DNA of 64,000 nt, taken from assembly GCA_037379345.1 (NCBI GenBank), contig CM074520.1, positions 35,870,664 to 35,934,663 of the forward strand. Direction: 5' to 3'. The position numbers and the translations under genes were made by a program. This document shows positions 40,674 through 53,397 of this stretch, in pieces. Each line of letters begins with the position of its first letter. Positions within the stretch are counted from its first letter, which is position 1. The stretch comes from Perna viridis. Lineage: Eukaryota. The notes under the pieces were generated by a model, which saw nothing but the letters and a program-made list of their open reading frames with translations, was not told the origin of the DNA and did not search any database.

Positions 40674-41413
40674 AACTAGGGGCTCAAGAGAGCCTGAATC
40701 GCTCACCTGGTTAACCATTTGCTTATTTGAAAAACTTTAGGAATGAGGCAAGCTAAGTCAAAATCAACTAAAATTATTCATAGCATTTTCATGACCTGAA
40801 CCAGAATTTTGCTAAAGGCAACAATTTTTGAATTTTTTTCAAAAACCTGTCTTGTGACCCCTAAGTTTCATTTTTAGTATAGGCAGCCATATCTATTCAC
40901 AGATTAAAAAATCACAACAGTCATTTTGAGCACAATACACTAAAGAACTATTATGTTTACTTTCATTCAATGATCTTAAATTGTTTTAGAGAAGAAGATT
41001 TTCAAAGTTGCACATGTGAAAAATGCAAAAATAAACTGTTTCAGGGGTCGTAACTCCTACATCAGTTGACCAATCATTTTGAAAATTTGGGCATAGGTCC
41101 ATCTCATTATGCTGAACAATATTATTCGTGCCAGAAATATGCTAACGGCAACGGTTTTTGAGTTATTTTAAAAAAACTGCAATCTGACCCCTATGTTCTA
41201 TTTTTAGTAACATCAGCCATGTTTTGTCATGGATCAAAAATCCCAACGGCCATTTTGTGTGGGATACCCTAAGAAACAATCATGTCAAGTTTAAAACCTG
41301 TCAGTTTAGTAGTTTTTGAGGAGAAGATTTTTAAATTTGTCCACGACAACGACGACGACGGACGCCAAGTGATGGCATAAGCTCACTTGGCCTTCGGCCA
41401 GGTGAGCTAAAAA
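40674..41413 (-). mobile_element. Non-autonomous Helitron/Helentron-type element (HINE) in the PAN-kringle 2 intron
   Basis: AACTAGGGGCTCAAGAGAGCC hairpin, subterminal GCTCACCTGG / CCAGGTGAGC, (GAC)n tract. Confidence 0.8.
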
Positions 41414-41586
41414 GGAATAAAAGGTTACATAAAAAATATAAGAAACAAAAAAGAAAAAAGAAACTTAAAAGCAATTCAGCAGACAGATGTATCTTACTTT
41501 TTATCCATAAGACTCCGCTCTTCATGAACAGGGCATAAAAATCCTTGTAGTCGTTACACATTACATTAACATTTTCGCTTTTTCAG

Positions 41587-41834
41587 AGCTGCAATGCAAG
41601 ACTACACAAGCAGGGATTGAATATTTAGGAAGAATAAATGTTACTGTATCTGGAAGGACCTGTAAGAGATGGGATTCTCCCTATCCCCATGGTACATTTT
41701 TCATTGAACTTCTTGGAGCTGATGAAAACTACTGTCGAAATCCCGACAGTAGTTCCGGTGGTCCTTGGTGTTATACCATGGACCCGGATGTGAGGTGGGA
41801 ATTCTGCAATATAGAAATGTGCAGATGTAAATAA
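41587..41834 (+). CDS. PAN/apple-kringle protein 2, exon 2 (kringle; total 192 aa); absent from the ORF track
   Basis: Acceptor TTTTCAG, phase 1; LQCKTTQAGIEYLGRINVTVSGRTCKRWDSPYPH..NYCRNPDSSSGGPWCYTMDPDVRWEFCNIEMCRCK*. Confidence 0.88.
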
Positions 41835-42109
41835 CAAATGTGTGATTTCAATTTGTCAAATGCCTCTTATTTTCTGAATGTTTCAGCATATATCAAAACA
41901 ATGGAAAATTGAACTTGGTGTGCCTATCTGTTGTTTTTGGATTTTTAAATTACAGAAAAGGCGAGCACTCTTTTGAGGTTGGTACAACTTGTTGTCTTAT
42001 ATCCTAATTGTTACATATAAGATGTTTGTATTCTGTATTGATCTCAATAGTTAAATCCAAATTCGACAGATTTTTATGCTTCGTTTTATTATTGTTTTCT
42101 TTCCAATCA

Positions 42110-42425
42110 TTGTCCGAGATTAGGGGGCGTACCGCTCACAAACATGTTTAACCCCGCCATATACTTTATGTGCCTGTCCCCATCCAGGAATCTGTAATCC
42201 AATTGTTGCCCTTTTTCATATTCTTTGTTATTCATTCTGCGTTTTAACTATACAGATTTCCGTCTGTTATTAATAGTTTCACTTCTTTTATTTTATTTTT
42301 ACAGCTTGCTTTACGGTTTTTGCCCATCAGTGGAGACCGTAGGGTGACCTGTAGAAGTGTAAATGTTTGCTTCTTGATACTTGGTGGATGACTGTCTCAT
42401 TACCAATCATCTATATTTTGATTTT
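42110..42425 (+). repeat. Decayed dispersed repeat (PLE-terminus-like, family B)
   Basis: TGCCTGTCCCCATCCAGGAATCTGTAAT..TGTCTCATTACCAATCAT; similar to 5850-6115. Confidence 0.4.
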
Positions 42426-45400
42426 TAGTTTAAAAATGTATGTATTTTTATTTAGAGTTAAAAAAGCATTTTTGGTATATTGTTTTAGTTAGCCCAGTTA
42501 ATTGTTTTACCCCAATTAGGGGTATAAAAAGAAAATGGCGTAAAAGGCCACAGCGCCTATAAATAAAAATGAATGTTTGGGTGGACAGGATCTCACGATT
42601 TATTGAACCGCCTATAAATTATATATGGCGAGTACGTGCTCTACTTTAACAGTAACTGAAGCGGATATCCTCCCGGTTTTAAATTAGTAAATCTCAATTT
42701 CGGTACGTCCGAAGATATTCAATGCAGAACTCTATAGTTTTAAACGATAAGAAGTTCAATTTCTAAGGATCCGAATTAGTATCAATTCAATCACCGGTAT
42801 TTCTACAGAGAAGAGCGTCACCAAACTATGTGGTATCGTAGAAGCTTAATCACATGATATAAGCCTGTGCACAATTTTGGTATACATGCCCCGTGATCAT
42901 CTTTCACACCCCCGATCACACATCCATCCATCAGCTGTGACCTTTTTTTTAAACTGTGAGACAATAAAAGTAACAATGGATACATTTGATTGCGTATAAC
43001 GCACAAAAGACAAATACTTCAAAAGACAAAAATGATGTTCTCTTCATCGCTATTACTAAAAGCATGAGGGAAAACCCAAACAATGGAAAACGGTTGGAGA
43101 TATAAAGTTCAATCGCACTAAATAGTACCATTTCTCGTGAACATTAAATCTAATTTAGAAAAAGCTGACAAATTGTAACAGTTCAACGGTGCTTTTTTCC
43201 GATGCTATTAAGTCGTCACTAGAAGCTGATCCTCTTAGTTCTTCTCAATGGAAAACAAATTTCAACATGCACTGCCTCCGCCATCAATACTTATCAGCTT
43301 CTGTAAATATTGCTTGCACAGCGTCAATTTCTTTTGTCATATAACAACAGGACCTGAAATACAAACAAAAGCACTGCAGAAAAGAAAAGAAAAATAGATA
43401 GGTACATGTTTTATACAATATCAGGAGTGAGTGGGGATGGTGGTGGGGTTTTCAAAGATCCTGATTATGGCTGTGTAGATGCATGTAAGTCACGTGACTA
43501 GTGCATATGTACACGGGGATTCCTCGTGCGGTGTATGCATTAAGACTACGCGCAACTTTCATCCGAAATATACATGTAACAAAACAAATTATATAAGATC
43601 TATCTTAATCTACTTTTATTTTACACTAAATTATTCATATTAAAGTGAAAACAATAGAATAGAAATTGACTTATTTCTACTATAAATTTAGCTTTAATTG
43701 ATAAACGGGACGAACCTTGAATCATAATGTTATGTTTTATTTGATAAAATTACAATTTTTGATCCTTTCAAAAAAGAAAACATAACAATTCATACAATTG
43801 TAACAATCAATTTAGGACATGAATTATTGATATTAGTATACATATCATTAATTATTGACAAAGGTGTTCGGGCATTAAGTCATGACTATTGGCTTAAAAT
43901 ATCAACTGTGTTGTAATATAACAAAAAAAATGTTCGTAACATGGTAGAATATATAAATATGAAAAAATGTTTTGTGGTATTTCTTCATTGTAATTACATC
44001 AAAATGGTGCCTCAATAGTACGTCATTCAATAGAAATGCCGACAATTGGATATATATTGTTGTTGTTTCGGACGTATTTACATTCAGGAAACTATTTATA
44101 TTTTCACATACGAGAAACTATGTAATAATGAATGTTTTCACTTAACATAAAGTTGTTTCTTAGGTGTGGACACCATTTCCTTGGAAGAAAATTACCAAAA
44201 TGTACAAAATTGACAGAATATCTGAATTTTAGTTGACTCATTTTGTTCTTTTAATGTTATAATTATCAAAGTCTTTTATGTTTTCTCTATTGTGAAGAAT
44301 TTTAGTCTCCAAATTTAAGATTCATTCTCTCAACACTTTATTATTAATTCTCGGTTGTAATTAAAGCCAATTTGGGCCTTGGTCGCCCCTTCTCCTTTAA
44401 ACAATATAAGCGCCTATGAATTCTCAATTCTCAGATTGAAACTCAATATCACAGGAAAATTGTATAATGAGTAAACGATATGCTACTACAGACACAAACA
44501 CTCGTAGATACTTTAAGCATCATATAACCATCAATGATATGATTACTATACATATCTAGATTTCCCTCACATCAAAAAGACTGGTGTTACATCGGCATAA
44601 ATATAACATATAGAAAAATATCTTCTTTTTAGTAAGATACCCTACGATTCTTACATATTGCGCGGTGTTCGGAATTATCAATGAAAAAACCCTCTTTGTT
44701 TTTAAGTTAATAAGCGTGAACACAAATTGGTATTGTCCGAGGGGCAAGTGAGGACGCAGACTGGTATTGCCCAAAAAGCCCTAAAATTCGTTTTGTCTTA
44801 AATGCGTTTGCATTGGCAGAGACCTATAATTAATTACAGGTCTATAGCATTGGCTAGAAAACAAAATGTGGCATTAAACAGCAATTGATGCCGGGGGGAG
44901 GGGGGGGGGGGGCACTCAAATACTTTTTATAGGGGATACCGCTGTAATTCTGTAACCCGGCCCTATTCAATTATAAAATACCTAGTTTTTGCAACTACAA
45001 TATTCTATAAAGTTTCATAAAATTCCATTTAGTGGTGTAGCAGGAATAAAATTAAAATACGGGAATTCCTCTGTGTAACGAAAGGAAGGAAGGATGGATA
45101 GCTCTATCCCTATAAACCCCCAATAAATAAGGGGTAACATGATTTAGGATTTTTCCTCTGCTATACATAGAGGTAATGGAGGGTACTTGTTTTTTTTTTG
45201 TCCTATTTCTCAAACACTAATTTGTAAGGTTTATTTGTACTTATAATAAGACAAGTTATATACATATGCCTTACAATATTTCTTTCCTTGGGATGTACTT
45301 GCATGAATGTGTTGAACTATGTCATGTTAAAGATTGACCATTTCACTTAATATTTGTTGCTCTAAATATGGACTCTTAGATTTTTTAGTTTACCATTTAA

Positions 45401-45466
45401 CAGAAACTCACAGTGTTGTATATATCAGTTACATCGAATAAAGATATTTCTGTTCTGAAGTTTTTA

Positions 45467-45782
45467 TGCACCATGAAAACTGATTTATTCAACGGGTCAT
45501 AGTTTTCCTTTCCTCGTTTGTCTACCCCGGACTCGACTTTTTATGAGCAACTCTGCAGGTGTTTCTAGAAAAGCAGAGGACGCTTACCCTACCAGTGCAC
45601 TTGGTCCATGCTCCCGGTTTTTCGTGGAGTCCGAGTTGCTCATTTGCTTTTGTTACTTTGTATGTATGATTTTAGTTACTTTATGTTCTTTGTTGTGTAT
45701 GTCTGTTTTCTATGTCTGGTCTTTGTCCATGGATTACATTCTTTTGATTACCGCTATAACCTTGATTCCCTTGACTACTCTT
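45467..45782 (+). mobile_element. Penelope-like family A 3' end (copy)
   Basis: Includes the last RT codons (TMKTDLF) and the structured 3' region. Confidence 0.85.
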
Positions 45783-46082
45783 TTAAGTCCTACAACTCTG
45801 AAAGGAAGCTGCAAAGTTGTTATAGACTACATGAAGTTACATGTATTAAAACTTTTCTTCAATTCTTGGTGTCATTTTCCTGACATTTTGTATCTTTAGG
45901 AGAAAGAACGCAAAAAACTTCACGCAAGCAATAACTTATTGCAAGCAACAATTTCTCACCATGCATTTCGTCATTACTGGCTTCTTCGGAGACTGCAAAA
46001 TAAATAATAAATTAGTGAAAGATGACATATTGCTCTATAACAAATGAACGTGTAACAATAGGTGCCAACACACTGGCTGTCC

Positions 46083-46161
46083 CACTATCAAATATGCAGC
46101 CCCACTAGTATATAACCAAGAATATAGGTTAAATACTAGTGGGGCTGCATATTTGATAGTG
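46083..46161. repeat. Perfect 29-bp inverted repeat (79-nt hairpin)
   Basis: CACTATCAAATATGCAGCCCCACTAGTAT and its exact reverse complement at 46133-46161. Confidence 0.9.
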
Positions 46162-47819
46162 TTAACAAGCCCCTGTGGTGCCAATTGGACTAGTAATAAT
46201 ACTACAAATATTTTGAAAGTAATACATGGTATAAAATTTAAAAATTTGGATTGTATGGTTAAATTTAGTTCAAAATGTACATAAATTTGATTGACAAAAA
46301 AATGAAACTGCCCTGACATACCAAGAAACATACCTCTAAAGGAGTCTATGTCAGAATTAACTTCTACTCAAATGACCTGGTAACATATTGATAACTACAC
46401 TGTACATACAAATGTAATTCCCTGCACAAAACAATAACACGTCTGCCCAGTGTATGGCATACAGTATTAGTTAAATCTTTGTACTATAAAAAATAAATAA
46501 ATGTAAAATCCCAATACCCAGTAGTTTTTAATCAGATCAAGTCACAAACCCCAAAATGGCACCATGTAGTTCAATCTTAAAAATATCAATATACTTGTAC
46601 CTGGTGTTTCGGTAAAATGCTGGTTTCTGGTCCTTTTTTGGTCCATCATTTTTTAAAGGTTCAAAACTAGTCTAACCTTAGCGGTATAAAACATTGTAGA
46701 GCAATATAAGAGATATTTATTTGCTTGAGTTACATGTATATAGTCCTATTTTATGAAATGCTTGCTTTTGGCCCTAACGGTTGAGGTCATATCTCCCAAA
46801 ATCAATACCAATCTTTCTTTCGGATTTGAAAACTTGAAAAAAATTATCACACGAAACTAAGTATCTATGGACATGCATTGATAACAGAGAAAAGTGTCAA
46901 ATCATTATGTAACAGCAAATTTTGTTAAGTCGAATAAAACACATTTAATCAAATTGTATTAAAATTGGTGGAAGAGTTTTCAAGTTGTTGTGTGTCGTGA
47001 GAATAAAGACAGGGTTCTGAAACTTAGATCTTGAAAACCATGCATAATATTTGTATTACATATTGTAGCTACATGTATAGATAGAAAACCCTTTCAATTT
47101 ATATGATAGGGCAATATAGATATTGATATTTAATACAAAAATGTCCAGTGAATTAGGATAGGCTCTGTAAGTTATAAAATATGTTCTGCTGGACAAATAA
47201 AATAGTACCCAGATTTCCAAGATTACCAGTTAAGCAATTAAAGCTGTTTAGATCTCTTTTCGTAGATACATGTACATAAAGAAAAATCATACATGTAATC
47301 TTTAATTGCTGGAATTAATTAAGACTTGCGAATCTTGGTCACTCAGTTGGCTCTAATAAATTGTATATATATGTAGCACCAATATGTGGAGAATTTATGG
47401 CATTTCATGAATGCTTGTTTAAAAAAAATGTCTGCTCGATAGTGCATGTTTAAATAGGATGGAATTAAATTCAAATCCCTGCATTGACTTAACAAACCCC
47501 TTGCCTTGTAGAACCATATACATTGTCCGTCAAATCTTCTTCTTCTTAGGCAATGCCAACAAAATTTCCCGCGCAGTTTTGGGTTAGTCTAACATATAGG
47601 TGACCGATGACTGACAACGGGTAACAATCTTAACTGCATTTGCAGTGTTCGGCGAACACTTTATTGTTAATTCTATCTTTAAATGATTTTGAAAAAAAAT
47701 ATTGATGAAATAAAAAGAAATGATACACACAATTTGATTGTAAGAAATGATAAACACCACAATTAAAACTGTTTTAGACTCATCTTTATGGATGCGGGCA
47801 ACTAAAAGTGTACAATTGG

Positions 47820-48616
47820 AAAATGGGAACAACCGACTTATTTTTTTACTCTTATGAGGCTGACTTTTATAGCTGATTTGATCCGAAAGAAAGAACATCG
47901 TTTAGCTAGATCCTTTAATCTCAGTTTCCGCTATATAGATGACGTATTATCATTTAACAATCCTAGTTTCGGGGATATGATCTACCCAAAGAACAGACGC
48001 TGTGAAGTCAGCCTCATATCTTGACTACACATAGAGAGCGACGGTAAAGGAAAACGACCTAACTTTACAACAAAGGTGATGACTTTTCATTCAGAATTGT
48101 CAACTTTCCTTTCATCTGTGGCAACATCCCTTCAGCACCTGCGTATGGAGTTTTCATGTCACAACTCACATGTTATGCAAACCTTTTGTATCGCGCTATA
48201 CTTCTTACAATTAGGCTTTTAGAACAGGGTTATGTTGCTACAATTGATTGAAGTCACCACTTCAGAAGTTTTACAGAAGTTTTATGGTCATCATCATGAA
48301 CTCGTGGATCGTTACCATGTATCCATCTCCACCATGAAAACTGATTTGTTCAATGTATCACAGTTTTCATTTCCTTTTTCGTCTACCCCAGATTTGACTT
48401 TATGAGCAACTCGGCGGGTGTTTCTAGAAAAGCAGAGGACGCTTACCCTACCGGTGCATCTGGTCAATGCTCCCAGTTTTTAGTGGAGTCCGAGTTGCTA
48501 TTTACATTTGTTACTTTGTATGTATTATTTAAGTTACTTTATGTTCTTTGTTGTGTTTGTCTGCTTTCCATGTCTGGTCTCTGTCCGCTAGAATTTTGGT
48601 TCCCTTGATTACTCTT
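47820..48616 (+). mobile_element. Penelope-like (Naiad-type) retroelement 3' portion: RT C-terminal half plus family A 3' end
   Basis: SFNLSFRYIDDV, SASYLDLHI, DDFSFRIVNFPFICGNIPSAPAYGVF, KFYGHHHELVDRY..TMKTDLF; no GIY-YIG after the RT; runs directly into the repeat. Confidence 0.88.
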
Positions 48617-48915
48617 CCTTATATGCAGGTGTTCGATGGACAATAGTTACATGTATATTTAACGAATCTAGTATCTCTCTTTAAATCGTACATCACACGA
48701 AATGTTAGAAGATATAATACTAATATATATTTATATAAAAAATATATATTAATATAAATTCTAAACTTTCTTGGAAGATATTTACACGGAGTATAAACTT
48801 AAATAAACCCTCCACAGAATTGTTTTAACCGCGTCTAATTGTGATGGACAGGAGTAATAATAAAAAAAAATGTTGACTTACGTGTTGTTAATAGTACACA
48901 GATGTATGATATTGA

Positions 48916-49414
48916 TTTGTTTGTTTGTTGGGGTTTAACGTCCGAGCAGCTATATTTCAGCTATATTCAGACAATGAACATGAAATTGATGATAAAATGA
49001 ACATGAAAAAGGGATGGGACACAATGACAATGGGGTCGACTAAATTTGATTGCCACTGGAAATAGGGAGAGGTGGATAGGGTCGGGCAATTTAGCCTCCT
49101 GTGGCGGAGCCCTATTGTTCCTACTCTGGGAGAATACCACAGTAGGGTTCTTTAACGTGCGAGGAACGTGGCATCTTTCCCAACACGGTGCACCACTATG
49201 GTTTGCGGTCAGGTTTTCCGTATTATAGCCTGACAACCCCAGCATGTAACACGCCAGGGGTACCCCATTCCACCACCTGGGGCGCACATCACAGTTGCTC
49301 TGTGGGCAGAGCGCCCTAGCCCTCGGCTAGGGTTCTGAGCACTATTTAGTCGCCTTTTACGACAAGCTTAGCGCTGCTGCAGGCCTATTCTTTTAACACC
49401 CGAACCTGCACGGG
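48916..49414 (-). mobile_element. Full-length SINE-like retroposon without a tRNA head (LINE-type 5' end, Deu/Nin-like core, (AAAC)n tail)
   Basis: 15-bp TSD GATGTATGATATTGA at 48901-48915 and 49415-49429; GCACGTTAAAGAACCC core; second copy at 31302-31655. Confidence 0.88.
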
Positions 49415-51464
49415 GATGTATGATATTGAAAACCTGTCAACTACTCTTAAAGGTAAATTATTCGCATTGAAATTAATTTTAACAAAGGTAACTTGAAATG
49501 CAATTATAAAAAAAATAAAGAAGTCACCTTGTCATACCACTTTTACTTGCGTAAGCTTTCTTCCGAATATTGCTTTACAACACAGTGTGTGGGTACTGCG
49601 GGGTACATACATTTTATCCATATTTTAAATTGCTTCTGTGATCATTATATAAGGTTTCACTTACTTTTGAAAGTACATAATGATTTTCATGAAAAAGCTG
49701 TCGACTAAGGTATTGAAACAACGAAACTTCACCATTAAAATAACCTCTCTTCCCAACACTGCTTTACGACATAGAGAGAGGGGGTACCGGGGGGTAGTGT
49801 GGTACATTTCATCCATATTTAAAAAAAGGACCGTGAAGAAATTCCTTAGTCGGTCATGATCATTTATACGTAACATTCCCATGTGCATCAGTTGTTTTCA
49901 TTCATTCCGGTAACTTGAATGAACATCAAATTCATATTTAATAAAGATATTAAACGTTATGTTTCAAAAAAGTTACATTATATTCCGTAAAAATAACTTA
50001 TACATATACTCAATAGCACTCGCCACGTGCCACGTGCGCCATCATGTATAAAACCAAACAATAACAATCGTCAATGAATGAAACATATGACTCAAAAATG
50101 TAAAAAAGTACTGTTATTGTCCTATTAGAATATAAATAAATCAATTATTGTTTTACCACGGGCTGACCATTTATGCCGCATTATTTTACCCCAAGCTAAG
50201 GTAAGCAATAAAAATGGAGTTTCCGTGATTTATTTCTTAAAGAAACAGAGTTGCCCATTTTCTGTTCTTTCTTTGTACGTGTTTATTTGTTAATTCATAT
50301 GCTTTATTTCCCTGTCAAGTGTTTATCCCTGGATTGCATTCTTTATAATGCATTAATCCAAAAACTTATACATATACTAAGAACGTTAAGAATTATAAAA
50401 TGTTTGCAATACTTCGACACGGGCAGAAACCTACATGTCAAGAAACGTATAATGCAATTGATTTTTGTAGATGATGAAAAATAAAAACAAGGAAAGACAA
50501 ATTGCGTTTATTTTGGGATTGTCCTTTTTATTTGTGATAAATACGAATATGACTCCCAAATTTGAACTATTAGTATTCAGTTTTAAAAAGTTATTTCAGT
50601 GAAGGCATTGCATAATTGACAGTGTTTTTGTCCTTTTACACTGAAATATTTCTTTTCTTCATGACTGATCCTATTACAACGATATTGCGTCATGTTTGTA
50701 GTTGATTTATATCATATTTGTTATATGTTAGTATACGAAATCACAAAAAAAAGTTTTGTGGAAATCTTAGTTAAAATTACATTTCATTCAATGAAAGCAA
50801 AATCTTAAATAACGCTGATCAATAAATACAGAATAATATACGTGAAAAAAAAACTAATGATTTCATTGTTACTTTCATGATAGTTAGAACAGTCATGATC
50901 TCTGCATGGCTAGTTTTTCAAGTTGATTATAATGTCAGTGCCATCTGCAAGTTAAAGATAATATTTTCCGAAGAATTAAAATAAACGTAATTCAAAGAAT
51001 TGTACATCCATAGAACATAGGTTAACAGTCAATTTTTAAATGGTCGGATGGAAAACTGGTTTGTATTTGCACTTGTGTTTTGATACTAATTTTTCAAGGA
51101 AATAATGCAACGAAACGGTCAACGGTTGCTGACCGAAACCCTCACTTGGACAACATGTTCATATCTATTGTTGTTATTCATTTCAATTCGTTTGTTACTA
51201 TTTCCTTTGTTACGATCCCGGCATTTGTCAAGTTCCGCTAAATATTTTCAGCGAGTTTGTTTACTTTCCGTGACTTTGTTACACTTTCCAGGCAGAATAT
51301 TGTTTTGCATAGGAATTTCCTCTGAGCACGTATTCTTTACCTTTGAATGGTTTTGTATAAGCGTTAGAACGTTTCTTAATTCTTTTATTTTCGTAGATTT
51401 GTTGCAATTAAGCGTCGTTTAGTGCATAACTTCTTTGTTTTCAGGCAGGTTCATCATTCAACAC

Positions 51465-51770
51465 AAATTGCGATCGGTCATCGATCACCGATCAGTTTCC
51501 GATCATTCATTGATCAATCAAACCGATCTATTAAACCGGTGATCGCATCACGTGATCACAGAGCGGTCAATATATTTTACAATGTCCGGTGTTTTCGTTG
51601 TAAATTTTACACATATTTACATAATGCAATACATTTGAACATCAATTTATACTTTTTATTACATTTGTTTTATTTTTAACAAATCATTTTTTACATAACA
51701 AAACTGCGATCAGATCGATCACCGATCATCGGTGATCGATCCGTCAAACCGTTGCGCGGATGGATTCAAG
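51465..51770 (+). repeat. GATC-rich dispersed repeat, copy 1
   Basis: Collinear with 53398-53766. Confidence 0.8.
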
Positions 51771-53397
51771 GACAATACTATGGCAATGCTAGACAAAGAT
51801 ATCCAAAGTACTACCGATTCCAGTATACTGAGTACATCACAACTTAGTACAAATCCTAATACAATAAGTACACTATACCCGAGTACATAGAGTACTGCCT
51901 ATCCTAGTACAACATATCTTAACCCAAGTACACAGAGTACAGCTTACCCGAGTACATAGAGTACTGCCAATCCTCTATGGATCCGAGTGTGAATTGGAAA
52001 AAACTGCCATGTATAGCAATGTGTAGAATTATGTAGATAGTAGTTGAATGAATATGTGTACAGTACTTTCATTCGGAAAACTTCCAAGTAAATTGAATAT
52101 AAGGGACAAGAAAAGGGGATGGGAATGGAGAAGTAAAATCGTGGTTTTAAGTGGGGAAGTAGGAAGATCAGTTTGAAAATTGGTATCAATATGAAAATAT
52201 CAAATCCAATTCAAAACAATAGGTTAAATATTGAAGAATCTAAAACTATATGATTTAAGTTGATAATGTAATGGTATAAAACAGAAAAAAAAGGAACGGA
52301 GATTCTTAGATAATGGTGATTTTCTTATTGGAAATGGGGATGTTTCTATGAGGAACTTGGATTAGAATATAAAGGAATAGGAATTGAGATGTTTTATGGT
52401 GTGCATTGGATGTTTATAACATTCTCGAGCTGTAATATATTTTTAGAGAACTCGATGAAGTGATAGAGAAGCAACGGTCAATACAGTTTACATAGAAACA
52501 AACAACAAGCTGTAAATGTGCCATCAAAACTCAAACAAGAGAAAGGCGCCTTTAGCTGCAGTGTTTATAATTCTGATCATACTTTACAACAAAAATAATA
52601 GACTATATAGAACCCCTTTTGGACTTTTCATTCAGGGTTCGGTTACTGTACTAAAGTAACATATGTTGATAACCTATATTGGTGTATTAAAATCAAGTCT
52701 CAATTTCAATATTACGTGTAATGGTCTTGTCATATGTATTACACATCAGTGCGGCGATGTTTTATAAAATACGTTTTTTTTTAAACTTCAACGTACAAAT
52801 TATTTTACGTTACAAAGTTCAATATCACGACCTTTTTATGTTCCTTTTTTCTTTCGAAAAAAAAAACGTTACATAAAACATTATTTATGTTGCATATTCA
52901 AGTGTTTTAATTCAAGACATAAATACTAAATGTTTTAATATTAGTGCAATTACTATGTTGTCAATTCAGAGTCTATCATAAAAGAACATCAAAATAATGG
53001 TCCTTATAATCAGAAGACGATTAAGAATGATAGAAATACATATGAACTTAGAATCATTTAACTTTGGCCTGATTTGACAAGAAATGAATGAACTATATTT
53101 TAGGCGAACATTAATGTTCTAAATATTCATAAAAATACAAGAAACATCCATACCTTATATTTCTGTTCAACAGATAAGCATAATTTTTGCAGGGTTGATG
53201 TGTAATTTGCATGCGCTAATTTTTTTTATTTGAAAAAAATGTAGCTCACCGAACTTGATTATGAGAAACAAAGTTGATGCTAGAGGTTCGTGTCATTCAT
53301 TTATCTATGCATTCTGTTATCTTTCGTGTTATGTATTTTGTTCCTCATAATTTAAACTAAATTTTTGTACAATTCCTGACCAGATCAATGCGACAAA

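Noticed and set aside
42780-43360. Coding-like minus-strand stretch
   Set aside because: Many stops and no motif I can recognise; probably decayed transposon DNA
48400-48450. SECIS element in the PLE 3' end (some Naiads encode selenoproteins)
   Set aside because: The ATGA pairs perfectly with TCAT rather than forming the GA/GA quartet, the AA spacing does not fit, and no conserved in-frame TGA is seen in the RT fragments
51990-52500. LTR retroelement bounded by the GATC-rich repeats
   Set aside because: No TG..CA termini, PBS, PPT or TSD; the interior shows at most a decayed LINE-like fragment
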